Below are positions 22,840 to 35,991 of a DNA stretch of 64,000 bases, piece by piece. Origin of the DNA: Podarcis muralis (lineage: Eukaryota). Numbering within the stretch: the stretch's first letter is position 1; the number at the start of each line of letters is the position of its first letter. The position numbers and the translations under genes were made by a program. The notes under the pieces are model-generated. The model saw only the letters and a list, made by a program, of their open reading frames with translations, made no database searches and was not told the origin of the DNA. The stretch lies in assembly GCF_964188315.1 (NCBI RefSeq), contig NC_135665.1:49352001-49416000 (forward strand), read 5' to 3'.

Positions 22840-24348
22840 CTTTGTTTGATCTGGATGACTTGTTCTTGTTAGGTTTAAAACAAGAGCTTTTAGATTTGTC
22901 TTCTCTATCCTTAATAATTTTTTGTACATCATCCAAAGAAAGCTTCTGCAGAACAACAACTGGTTTAGCTCCTTTATTTAGATCCTCCACAAGCCCAATC
23001 TTCTCAACTTTGTCCTTCGGTTCACCCTTAATTTCTGATTTCCTTGCTTCGTGCATGACATTACCATCTTTATCACGTTTGATTTTTGGAATGATAAAGT
23101 GTTTCAAAGCCCCCGATCTTCCCCCCAACAAATAACTGGGAAATTCCGCTTTATTGTCTGTGTGTGCTTTGTTACTATCCATTTTGCTCTTATTACCATC
23201 TGTCCTTCGTTCATCTTTACTGTTGTGTGATTTAAAACCCGGTCTATCTGGCCTTAATTTACCAATATCACTTTTACTTTCTTGTTTAATACGAGGGCTG
23301 TCAGGTCTTGGTCTCTGATCCCCAGATGACAGCCTATCCCGGGACTCACCAGACTCATGCCTGTGTTTTCTGTCTAGTTTTTCAGGTTTTGTGTTATCAG
23401 ATTTAATGATATATTTAGAGTCATGCTCGCCCTTACTCGAAGACCTCAAATACTCAGGTCTTCTCAGCTTGGATGAATCTCCTCTGTGTCTTTCTGATTC
23501 ACCCCTGTCCTCAGATTTTTGTTTAAGGTTATCATGATCCCGTCTTAGAGAGTCAGAAACTGAACGTCCATCTGTCCTCTGTTTTAATGCATCAGGCCTT
23601 TCAGATTTCACTCTGGAAGGATCAGATTTCATGTCCATTTTATATTTAGATATATCAGGCTTCTTTTCTGAAGATGATTTACCAGAATCCCGCCTGTTTT
23701 CATGTCTGTGTTTGGGGGTTTCTGGCCTGCCTTCATTCTTCTGCTTTGGGGTTTCTGGCCTGCCTTCATTTTTCTGTTTTGGAGTATCTGGCCTCACTTC
23801 ATTTTTCTGTTTTGGAGTCTCAGGTCGTTGCCTTATATCCTGTTTGCCATTATTCTGCTTGCTCTCGTTTGGTTTCACATCCACCTGTCTACTCTCATGT
23901 TTGCTTTCATGTTTAATTTCTGCCTGCTTGCTTTCAGTGTGTTTAGTTTCTATCCGTTTACTCTCATTTTGCTGCACTTCTGCTTGTTTGTTTTCATTGT
24001 GTTGTATTTCCACCTTTACACCTTCGGAATCTGACTTTTTCCTAGGGATGTCAGGGTGGTTTTCAGATTTTAGTTTAAGTACTCCAATAACATCTTCTTG
24101 AGGAACAAAAACAGAACCATCGTTACACTGCTTTATCTCTTCAGGCTTTTTGATGATGTCAGAGTCCTGAGTAGCAGTTGCCTGAGAGTCCGCCCGTCCT
24201 GCTTGTTGTAGATCAATACTAACCATCAAGGCTGGCCTTGACCCATTTCCTGCAGAACCTGTCTCCTGAGAAGCTGGTTTATTTCCTCCAGTAGCACCTC
24301 CAGCCTCCTGTGGATAGGAATCTTGTTTTCGTTTCTTCAAAGGCTTAT
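22840..24348 (-). CDS. NIPBL: NIPBL exon 10 (1509 nt), long disordered exon with PETPK repeats and PxVxL motif
   Basis: ORF 22784..24340; acceptor TTTGCAG at 24350-24349; donor G|GTAAGT. Confidence 0.99.
23711..23827 (-). repeat. NIPBL: 33-bp coding tandem repeat (four P-E/D-TPK units) in exon 10
   Basis: Units start at 23711, 23744, 23777 and 23810. Confidence 0.95.
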
Positions 24349-24657
24349 CTGCAAATCAAAGAAAGAATAAATTAAAAATGTTCATTTTAGTGAATATATC
24401 AAGGAAATGAAACATATGCATTTTTGTATGTTCATAGACTATGACACATAACTGGACTGCTGTAGAAAACAATATAACTTAAAATGAATTATGGAAAGCT
24501 ACGGAGATTTAAAAACAAAACAGTGACACTAAATTATGTTTGAACCATCTACAGCAAGATAGAACCAACTATACTAGCAAGAACAGGAAATAATTAAATT
24601 TCATTAACATTCATTAAATAAATATTCTTTGAGGAATAAATATGATTCTGAATTACA

Positions 24658-24695
24658 TCTGTAACCTGAAGCATCTGTAACCCGAGGTACCACTG
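24658..24695 (+). mobile_element. MITE family A, solo right end
   Basis: TCTGTAACCTGAAGCATCTGTAACCCGAGGTACCACTG|TA with no left end nearby. Confidence 0.8.
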
Positions 24696-24747
24696 TATTC
24701 TGTCTAAAAGATTTGTGGTTAGCAATGAGCTTTTACAAAATTCATGA

Positions 24748-24766
24748 CATCCACCAGGGGGAGCCC
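24748..24766 (+). promoter_or_regulatory. CTCF-like motif
   Basis: CATCCACCAGGGGGAGCCC vs consensus core CCACCAGGGGGCGC (1 mismatch); motif only. Confidence 0.5.
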
Positions 24767-26399
24767 TGAGCTCTGCTGCCTGCCAATGCAAGAACTGCTA
24801 GGCAATGCTTATTTACAAATGTATCAGTGGGAAATGATAGGATTTGATTCCCTCCCCCCCTCCCCACGCGGTTGAGCTAAGACTTCACCTGTTCTGGTGG
24901 TTACTTTCATTTTCTATTTTAGTTTTGTGGCTGCTTATTCCTAAACAAACAGCCCACAATTTGGGGCAACAACTGTAGTAGCACCAAAGGGGGAGAGGAG
25001 GAAGCAAAGTAAAAATAAAAACAAAAACATCACCAATTCAAAAATATACAATAGGAAAAGCACCAGACCAAGAAAAGGCAAGTACTCAACAGAGAACAAG
25101 GAGGCTCAATCATCACCAACTGCAGGCAGGCAAAGTCAGTCTGGTGTGAGGGATCACTCCTCCCACCAGAGGAGGCAAAAGGCTTCAGTGAACCTGGCTG
25201 TTCCTTCTAGTAGGCAGTGCCATCTCTATGAGGAACACCATCCATCATTCTCTAGTAAACCCTCCCCTGCCCCCAAAGTAAGGAACTTAAAAAACTAAAG
25301 GTAGCTAAACTAGGTCTCTTTAGTCCTGGCCACTGAAGCAGGGGTGGAAAAGGTGGAAGAAAACCCAATTTCTGAAAGACAGGTACCATAGCACTATAAA
25401 AGTGAAGGTGGAAAGAAAATCATTGCACAGAGAAATCCTGCCTCCTACTTGACTGAGCATAGAGCACGCCAGTGTCTGGGTGATTGGATAGTGCCAAAGA
25501 AAGAAATGACTAGTATTCAACAGTCACAAAATTCATTAATAAATCTATAGCTCTTGTACAGATTTTTAGGACTACAGAAATCAGAACTCAGACCATCAGC
25601 CATGTCTTGTGGTCAGCAAGACAACCCACCTATTTTTACAGTCCTCAGGAGAACAAGTTTTGCCAAGGCAGAGTGGCTTGGGGAATCAGAAAGTAAACAG
25701 ACATTATACACCTTTACACTTAAAACCTCATTATTTTTGTTCTCCTGGCATGCATTTGTTTGTATCCCTAAATACAACAATTTTAGTTGAACCAAAATTT
25801 CTCAAAAGCCTTTTTCCCCCCTGAAACAATTTGGAGATTTCACCCAGAAAAATATGTCACTTTGAAAATTTTATCTGAATGCTCTCCACCATTTTTTGTG
25901 GTGAACACTTTTTCCTTCTACAATGCCTTGGAATGGTGTTAGGTCCAGGCAATGTAAAGAATGCAAAATGGTGGCCAGGCTGCCAACAGTTTCTTGCAAC
26001 AGCAGCGGGGGGGATTAATGAGAAAAACAAGCTATACTACTGCTTTATAAGTTCTTACTTCGGTTGTATCAGTATCCATTAGCTACACAGATTAGTGAGC
26101 TCTGATCCACAGGTACTATATTTACCTGTATGGATATTCTAAAAAAAACTACTCGGTATGCATTCCTTATTCATTATTTATTCATTATTTAATATGCAGG
26201 TTGCTCAGTATTATTTTTGTTGTCATTCATTGTAATTAATGTCTTTAATTTCATTATAAGCTGACGAAGAGTCTAGTTCCAAACAGTTGATCCAATCCGG
26301 ATATACTGTACTGCTTATTTGCTGATTGCTGTTGAATTTGTTACGTTGGAGCACCCACAATACTTCTTGGGCATTGAAAGGCATCCTGCCTGCAGAACT

Positions 26400-26538
26400 T
26401 TAGTTTATGGTTGCCATCAATTTTGATTTTAATTAATTTTTATAATGTTTTTAGAATGTCAGGGCGGCTAACAACTTTAGTGTTGTTAGCCGCCCTGAGC
26501 CCGGCTTTGGCTGGGGAGGGCGGGATATAAATAAATTA

Positions 26539-26577
<39 letters not shown>
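26400..26577 (+). mobile_element. LINE (L2-like) 3' end with (TTA)12 tail and 17-bp inverted duplication
   Basis: TGTTAGCCGCCCTGAG...GGGCGGGATATAAATAAA followed by (TTA)n. Confidence 0.6.
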
Positions 26578-26578
<1 letters not shown>

Positions 26579-28651
26579 CATTATCATGGTGTTCCTCACC
26601 AGTAACTCTTTACATAACTGTTTGGTTATGAACTGATATATATTATTTGGATATTACTTGGAAATTGTAAACTCTGGATGACATTCTACTACCAATTATA
26701 ATATATTTATCACATTCATTAGCCACATGTTGCGATTGTGTTTCAATAGATATAACTACATTCATAATGGCAAGCCTAATCCCATTTCTCCTCTCTCTAG
26801 AAAGATGATGAAATGCTTATTCCCCATTTCCAATTCCCAATTTCTCTGTCCATAAATAGGATTGAGAATTACAATATATCATTTGCATACAACTAGTTTA
26901 GATTACAAAACTACCAATAGTGGACATAAAACTGTCTTTTAAAAAATATGCATTAAATCCATCTCCTGATAAGAAAAAGAGTGAGACACTAGTAGAAGGA
27001 AATAGTTAATAGTTAAACAATTACCTCTGAACTCTGAAGGATGTAATCAGATTCTTTGACTTTTCATTGAATCAAAGATCAAAGTGACTGAAATCAGATC
27101 ATATATAATCCTAGGAAATGAGATCCTTGAAGCTCAATATTTAAAGATGGCAAACACACCACAGAAAACAGCACAACACAAAACATGGCCACTTCCTTTT
27201 TGTTCACTTACAGGTACGTGCATACTAGAATGAAATTATGAGAAGTCTTAATTTCTTAATTTGTGGAATTTTGGATAGAATTTCCTACATACAACAGAAA
27301 ACTGGAAGAAGCTTAAAACAGTGATGATGCAACTCTCTGGCTTTGTGCATGAAAGGTGTGTGTAGACTTCAACACACACTTGGTGGATCGAACCATTCAA
27401 AAAGGTTGTGGACATATGTAGCTTTTCAGTTGTTTTAAATCAGATCTACATTTCCATAAGTCAAACCAATTTCTTCTCCTTTCATTGGATAAGGAATCTC
27501 AGCACAGGACTTCAATCGTGGCTTGGAACTATGTTATTCTAAATGCATGCATTTTTACACATACTGACTCACAGTCCATCAATGCCCACCTAAAACTGTC
27601 ATTATTTGCTCGTGTTATGTTGCCTAGCCCACTATCTCCAGGATCTATTCAAGCATTACGGACCCCTGGATTTACCTCACTTAAAGAACAACAACCAGCC
27701 CTCCAGTTTGAGATCATCCAGAATCTCAACTTATCCTATGTTCTGCAATTTATGAATCAGATTTTATATATTATCCATTCCTTGAGCCACATAATTAATA
27801 GAAGGTGCAGTGACTCATGCATAATGTTGATGGATAGTCAAACAATTTGATGTTGATCTGTGTATTTTTAACTCAGGAAATAAATTTTCAATTAACAGTA
27901 TCAAACTTACAGTGGTATCTTCCAGTTCATTTTTCTCAAGCCCTCACTAGTAGACAATGTGGCAAGGCTAAAAGCTGCTATGATACAGATATAATTCAGA
28001 TCTCCTGGGCTACTAGATCTTTTAAGTATATCTAACTGGGCACAAGATTTGTTGTGACTGTTAAGCTTTCCTCAACATACCTTGAAAAGCGCAACCCTCA
28101 CATTACAGTAGCAATTTTAGTTTACATATCCCAAATATCTGGGAATGGGTTGGGGGGAGGGGAAAGCAGATTGTTTCTTTTTTTAAAAAAAAATGTTTAT
28201 AAAAAAGCAAAAAAAGGTAAATATGGATTTGTAATGATTAGGAAGCTGATTTCAGGATACCTTTATATTGTGTCACTAACATTAAGATGTAACACACATT
28301 TCTGAACCAGCTGTAAGAATACATATGAGAATGATCTGATAAATTTAGTAAAAGTATTAGATTTACAAGAGAAAAAAGAAACACTAAATCTGTATACAAG
28401 TAAAGTGATGCCAATCAACACTTTGAAACATAATTATGCTAAACCATTAAAACAGATTAAAGCTTCATTAAAGGGAAAATGAATTTTAGACTTTGTATCA
28501 CACACTTGGTGTCTTCTGACAACTGAAATAGTGACCTGGTATGGTACGGGCTTCCATCACTGAAATATAGCTCTACTGTTGTAGTAGATTATGCAGGATA
28601 TGGCATTCTTATCTAATGGCACAACAGTGATTGCATCAGATTATTAGGGAA

Positions 28652-28848
28652 AGGCACTCCCAAACTTTTCATGTTGGTGACACACTTTTTAGACATGCAT
28701 AATTTTGCAACACAGTAAATCAGTTTTATTAACAAATTGGAGGTTAAACTAACCACTTTCCAGCCCCGGTAGGAGCACGGAGAGCATTCACGAGCACACC
28801 GCATCCAACATGCTGACGTGTCACAACACACAGTTTGAAATGTTCTGC
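28652..28848. mobile_element. Degraded hAT-type MITE
   Basis: AGGCACTCCCAAACTTTT...GACACAC at the left end; GTGTCACAACACACAGTTTGAA at the right end. Confidence 0.45.
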
Positions 28849-31542
28849 TCTACCTGCTACCTATCCTTCCCATAGCACCATCTATTTAACATCTTCTCAA
28901 TCTCACAGGGTATGGAAAGCATTCCTGTTACTGTAGCATCTGATACCTCTCTCCCACATCTGCAGCAGCTGCAAGGCATGTGTGCATTGCATCCATTGTC
29001 CCAGCTCTAGGTTTAATCCAGAAGAGGGAAACATTCCTCCATTGTCCATACTGGCAAAGACACAACAAACAAGGGCAATTCCCATGGTCTTATCAGGTGC
29101 TATAAAATTTACTGAGAGCTGTCATTTCAAAGAAAAAAAGAGGCAGCATGTATGCTGATTGGACTATTTCACTGGACCAATGGAGCTAAAACAATATGTC
29201 ATCTACACTGATTTCAGAAGAACTAATGTAAGTGTTTGTATTTACAAACCATGGTATCACTGATATCTTATACCTCCTAGATATTTCAGATTTAGAAAAC
29301 TGGTGGTGATGTATGTTAGCAATGCTCTGCCAAATTACTTAAGATGTCCAATTTTAACCCATTATGGATAAAACATAACAATTGAAATTGCAGGCAACTC
29401 TTTGTCAATGGACCCTAAGATGGCTCTATGCTATTTGAAGATATCCCTGTTTGTAACTAGAACTGGTGATTAACTTATTGGTGTCAGCCTAAATATGTAT
29501 CACAAGCTATTGGAAAAAAGAATTTCAAAGGTATAAGCTAGCGTTCAGACAACTTTTAAAATAAAGAAGGAGCCCTTTTCCTATGTCTTTTACTAGCATT
29601 GACTATCCAACAATTCAGTAGGTTTGGTTGTCTTTCCATTTCTCCATGAAGCAAATGTTGAGGAAATGCTGCCAAAATGCTTTAACAATGAAATGTAAGT
29701 AGGCTACATGGATATTCCCATACTGAACAGCAACAGCCATTTCTATTATCTCAGTGTGGAGGCAAGCAGAACACTGCAAGGTAAAATGTCAATCATGATG
29801 ATTTTGCCTGCCAATAGTCTCCCCTGAGAGACTTGGCATGATCTTTCTTTTATTGCTGCTTTGTGCACATGTCCAGCAGCATTTTTACCCTAACTGCGGA
29901 TCTGCACCTGTTCAAAAGGCCAGAATAAGAGTAACTAAGTTGCTTCTGATGAGGCAAAGTTAGCAGCCCAGATGGAGACAAAAAATTGCTTGGGGTACCA
30001 ACTAGCAAAATTCTGAGGTGAGAGCAACTATTTGATCAAATTCCCCTCTCATTCCCAAGCATGTTAAGCATCCATTCATAGAACAGAAGTGAGAATCCAT
30101 ATGCAGGAGCCACAGCTGTTTTCCCTCTCTTTTGCCTCCATATCTTCTCCCCCTTGCAAGGAGAAAGTTTGCCTTGCATTAGCCTGGAGAAGTTGGAGGG
30201 CTGTGCCTGCAGCCTTAATTGTGATGAAACTTGAGCGTTTGTTCTATTTGAGAGAAGTGCTGCCCATAAACTTTTCCTCTCTTTGCACCCGCCTCCCCAC
30301 CAATGACTTGCCCAAAGTGCATGTAGTTCTACCCTCTTGGTGACAGAGCTAAACTTGTGCCAACTTAGGAGCTGCCTATTTCACATTATCTTCTTCTCTT
30401 CCTACTCTTCCACTTCCTTCCTCAAAAAAATCCCACTTCCCCCCTAAATATAACTCCCACTCTATCTACTAACAAAAAATCGGGGGGGGGGGGGGATAGC
30501 ACACTTACTTGAAACTAAGCTCAACTGAACACAAAGTTACATTTCTAAGTAAACATGCAAATAATTGCTCTCCAGGTCTGATGGCGACAAACTCTGGTGA
30601 TCCGCTATCTTACTTTTATGAAATTGTTCAACCTAGTTCTAGTATGGCTTTCAATCACTCATACCTTGGTGACATTTCTGACGAGATATGCATTGGATAG
30701 ATATTAGATGTATCTCCTAAAATGAATTAATTTAGTTTTACAAGTAGAGTAGGTTCGCAAGTCTGTTATTTTGATAATGAAAAATGTTACTAGTTTTATT
30801 TGTGGTTAAACAAGCACAGGATTGATATTAGTTCCATTCTCTCCCTCCCTTCTTTTCTTCTTATTTCTCATCACTTGAAGTAATGAGGGGGGAGCACAAG
30901 GGAGAAATGAGCAGCATTGGATTATGATGTTTAGAAAAATAATATACTAAATGCAATCACTGTAACAAGATCTTTTTGTGATGTTAAGTCTCTGGTGTGT
31001 AGTTCAGATGTAAATGTCTACTGATAAAGGAAGGCCACTGCAATTGTGTCCCGCTCCAGCCACATTTTTTACAGCTAGATTCACCACCAGTATGTTGTAA
31101 CTGGCTCTGGCAAATATACACACACAAAAACCAGATCCTGCAAGCTGAAAGTCTGCCCACCTTAACAAATGCATTACAGGATGAATGCTGCAAAAAGTGG
31201 CTATCATCAATTACAAAGCTTTTCCCTTATCCCTTGCTCTACTCTTGAGAAGAGAAATGCAAGTTACAGTAAACAGCCCTATCCTATGTCAATCCAGTTG
31301 GGTTCAGTAGCACTTATCTCCAAGTGAATATACACAAGATTACAACCTAAATTGTATTCCTTTTTGGTTTAAGAGAGATTTGTCACACTACAAGTTTGTT
31401 CTCTAAATATTCAGACACCACTAATCACTAACTTTGTACTAAGAATGTGAATTTATATGGAGATTGTGGTTTATTTTCAAGGACTTTTAGGGGATAGGAA
31501 ATTTGATTAAATATAAATACAGCACATACGCAACAGTTTTAC

Positions 31543-32175
31543 CTTTGTCTTGCACTTCTTTTGAAAACCGTTCCCTTTCAATAGCTGATTCCCGTTCTAT
31601 CCGTTCAATTTCAGCCAATGCATCCAATTCTACTTCATCATATGGCGTGATAGTTCCATGTTGTGAAACCTGTTGATGCGTCTGTACCAAAGGATTTTGA
31701 GGTTGTTTTGCAGAAACTGAAGTGTTCGGTTGTAAAACAGGCACTTGTTGTGCCTGAAGGAATGCTGTTTGTTCATGCTGCGGCAAACACTGAGCAGCAT
31801 TTAATGGGCGATTAATATCCTGTGGAGTAACTGGTGTTTTAGAAGTCTGTCCTGGATACTGCACATTAAAGGAAATGTCCCCTTCTGACACGTTACTGTT
31901 TTCCAAACCAGAAAGCATATCATCCTGCTGGTCCATATCTGAAGATCTTACACGAGTAAGTCTTAACGTAAGTTTAGTAGAGTCCTTAGATGGAGAGCTA
32001 ATGATATCATACATTGCAGCTTTTTCAGTCTGGTCTTTTTCATCCTTGCCTAACTTCATTTTCTTTTGTTTCTTTTGCTTTCTTTCAGGAGAATCTAATA
32101 ATATGTCTGGGGGAACATCTCTAGGTGATGAGTAAGGTGGAGGCTGAGACTGAAGTATTAAAGGTGGTCTTGATC
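31543..32175 (-). CDS. NIPBL: NIPBL exon 9 (633 nt), (G)SRPPLILQSQPP...RERFSKEVQDK(D)
   Basis: Includes ORF 31487..32059; acceptor TTCTAG; donor AAG|GTAAAA. Confidence 0.98.
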
Positions 32176-34677
32176 CTAGAATAATAATTCAGAAAAACTG
32201 AACAGTTATGTTGGTTCACATTTCTATGAAAGCACACAAAAATAGTCTTTATTAGTAATTTGTACTTGTACAGATATTTGCACTTACAAAATGGCAAAAA
32301 CTCAGTTTAGAGGAATATTGAGGTCTGTAATATTCACTAACCCACCTATAATATCTGCAGTAAAAGATGCCTGTAACTCCTAGCAATTTAGCAATCCACA
32401 TCTAACATGAGAGGTACCAAGAGGTAGAAACCATTTTGGGACTGTGCTCAACCGGGGCAGGGCTTCAACTATTAAAGAATGGAGTTAATCAAAATGCATC
32501 CAAGGCCATAGGGGAGAACAAAGTTTAAAGATAGCTAGCTTCTCACTAGAGTCCAGTGATCAAAGCCCAAAATAATGAGCTGTAGACAGGCAAATCGGAC
32601 TGCAACTAACACACATCCATCCATACATACACACATGCAGCGTCATGCGAATTCCCTACTCTTAAGGATCTGAGAAAGGAAAATGACTCTAATAGATTAG
32701 CTGGTTTTGCCTCTTTCAGCAACTGGAACAGGCCTCTCACATGAGTCTGGCATAATTTTTACATAACAATGCATTTTCTACTTACAAACAGCTGAAAGTA
32801 TTGCTTTTGCCATGTTGCCTACTGTTATTGTTTGTGAACTAACCCCCCACCCCCAAGATTGCCCAGTTATGTGAAAGATGTTGGGAAAGTCCATTTGCCA
32901 TTACATCCTATACTAATTAAAAGCATTCATTTGCACTGGCACACTACCCACTACCCTCCTGTGCTATCTAAAAAGTGTCTGAAGTAACACACACAGTTTA
33001 ACATCCACAACAATTTCCTCATATAAGGTTCTTCCTCTACTTAAGTACAGAGGTAGAAAAGGTGATTAAATTGTATGCCACTGCTGTATTTTCAGCTAGT
33101 GAAGCACAGTGATAGAGAATTTGTAGTAGTTCATGGTACTGCCAGCAACTGAATGCTTTAACACAGTAGCGGATAGGTCACATTCTGTGAAGTAACTAAC
33201 AGAAGTCATATTCAAACTCAAATTATTTAGGTCCTCAGGTTTATGTAAGTAATGCAATAATGTTAAATTTAAAATAGAGTCCACATTAAAAACATGGATC
33301 TCTGCCTCTCTGTGTGTGCTTTATTCATCTTCTTTCCCTTTGCATTTTTGCAGTTATTTACTGCCATTTTTCCAGCATTTCTTCCAGCCTGTAAATTTGT
33401 GAGCCTTGATAGCATGTTTCTGCATGAGACACAATCTATTAATAGTGATTAATCTGTAATGCCCCAAACTCTATATTCCAAAGGAATCATTTACTTCTCT
33501 AGGGCAGCACTGTTGCTGCAAAAAGGGCTTGCAGCCCCAGGGGAAAGTGTCACAGGGATTACCAACTAGCGCTGAACTTCAGGAATCACCAATCACATTC
33601 TAAATTTTGCTCTACATCTTAGGGTGTGTGTTTTTTTAAGTACATCTGAGAAGGCTGCACAGTTAGAACCTCAGATAAACACACACTATTTAATGTAACA
33701 GCACTCAAAGCACTTATATGAACTCATTCTCAGAAAGCAATTAGCTTTTTTTTAATTAGGGATCCTTACTGCTACTTTGTGATACAATAAATCCAGCAAT
33801 TGAAAAAGCTGCACAGGAAGATTGAAGAATTCCTCTCCTATTATTATTATTATTATTATTATTTTTTCAGTGATAAGCATCAAATAAGGATGCTTTACAT
33901 ACAGTTATCTTTTACCAGAAAGGGAGTTGGGCTATTTGACTCAGGTCCCATCTAACTCTGAGATGTTTTGCAATATTTATTATTTAAGTTACCAGCAGAG
34001 AATTTTGCTGAATGTTGGATGGTTATAAACAGTCTTGTCTTCTGAAGAATGCTTTTACAGATGATTGTAGGTGGGGCTTGCAGAAATTTGGATTGCGTTG
34101 ATGACCAGGCATCAACTCAAACTTACAAGTATACTCTACAGAGATGCAAGAGCCCCCTTTTCCAGATATTTCACTAGGCAGCATGATCTGTCTGATAGCG
34201 TCTATGAGTGATTTATCCTTAGCCAATCACTCTCCCATGAACAGGGACATTTTCAATTGCTTCTCTAGCCTCATGTTCATTTGCAGCCTCAATATATCCA
34301 ACAACAGGTGACTCAGCTTCTTTGGTATCAGCAACTTTCAGGTTCAGGAACAATCCAAAACTTGCAAAGGCTCACTGCTCCATCAGTTTGCTTGCTAATA
34401 GATAATCCACTAGTCAGGTAGTAAATCTACATCACTTTGGTATTTATGCTTCTTTTCCCCAAAGTACTAATAAGTCTTCTCTTAAGATGATCCTGTGAGT
34501 CTCAAGATGGTGCTTCACCTCTATTAAGCAAATATTCTGTAGTCTCTATAGTTGAAATTCACCTTCACTGTGATGTTTCCTCATCCATAAAAGTATGACA
34601 ATATAGTACATATTTGGGGATCCTAAAAGTGTAAGTTTTGCCACTATATGAGGTATTTCCACTAATTGAAGAAGCAA

Positions 34678-34696
34678 ATCACTCCAGATGGCGCCT
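34678..34696 (+). promoter_or_regulatory. Weak CTCF-like motif
   Basis: ACTCCAGATGGCGC vs CCACCAGATGGCGC (2 mismatches). Confidence 0.25.
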
Positions 34697-35161
34697 TCAT
34701 TTTTCTTTTCCCCCTTTAGATGGGACTGGTCACAGTTGGAAGGGACTTTTCAAGCCCTCACCTAGTATCCGGAAATTAATTTACAGACTTGTATAAATAG
34801 AACAATGAATATCCCATGTAACAACACACTGGAATCCAAAACATGTCAGCTTTTCTGCATGGCAATGAATGAAAGAATAAAAACTTTGCTGATTTAGTAT
34901 TGAGGAGTCACTAGTCACACAAACTATTGCAATATGTTTCAGTGAGTATATTGTCCAAGTACAGATGACCCCAAAACTATTATTCCATAGAGTTAAATGA
35001 GTTATTATTCTATAGTCAGTTAGATGCCTTCTCAATTATATTAGTACAAGTACTTTTTTTAAATAACTTGGAAGTAAAGTATAACAAAATTTATTTAGTA
35101 TTAATAACTAAGTGGTCCTCAGGCAAGCCAGAAACCTCTAGGGGCAATATTTAATGTCTCC

Positions 35162-35162
<1 letters not shown>

Positions 35163-35204
<42 letters not shown>
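35163..35204. repeat. (AGT)14 microsatellite
   Basis: Read directly. Confidence 0.98.
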
Positions 35205-35205
<1 letters not shown>

Positions 35206-35991
35206 ATTTATTACGGCCAAAGACCAGTTCAAAAGTCTCCAAGTAAAAATATAAGTTCATTGAAAAGGTCCATCTTCTACTTCAAAGCGCCTATTTTCTT
35301 ATTCCGTGCCTAACAACTTTTTCCAAGGCAGAATGGTTTCCACCAGTCTAGAAATTCTAGAAGATCAGCAGATTTGCAGAATACAAACCTTATGGAGATT
35401 ATCAATCTAGTCAACCTTGCCTCCAATTCAAGGCATAACAGTTTAAATACACTTGACGATAATATGGAGCTAGAGAACGGATCATCTCTGCAACATATAT
35501 GCAGCATAACAGACACTGTAAAGATCTAATTTACAAGGTAGCGCATTATAAACTTAATGCCACTCTAGGGTTGAAACAAAATCAATAAGCATTTAAAGTT
35601 TGCTATCAGTCTTCATACACTGGTTAACCAATTCAAACTTTCCTTAAAAAGGAAACACAAGAGCTCAAGGCCCTGGTTCCAGCTCTACCCACAGAAAATT
35701 AGTCACGCATAGCAAGTGGTGCCTCAGTGAACATCCACATCCTAGTGTGTGTATAAAAATTCATTCAGCCAGTTTGAGTGAGCCTGGATGAGCCTCTGCA
35801 TAACATAAACATACAGAAGTCTGTTTCAGAATTTTCCCTGGATCAGGACAAACGGAAACATTCTTAAAGTCAAAAAATTGGTTTGTTGGCATCAACACTT
35901 TTACTTCTTTTCAAGAATGATCAGGAATGGATCTAATTTCTGAAATAGAAATTACTTACCAGTAACGAATTATTAAAACAGAACAGAAGTA

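Noticed and set aside
22842-24101. Plus-strand ORFs of 80-156 aa over exon 10
   Set aside because: Antisense shadows of the repetitive NIPBL exon; low complexity and no independent gene structure.
31875-32135. Plus-strand 86-aa ORF
   Set aside because: Antisense to exon 9.
35250-35530. About 90-codon open frame on + in intron 8
   Set aside because: No recognisable homology and no good start or splice pair; within chance expectation.
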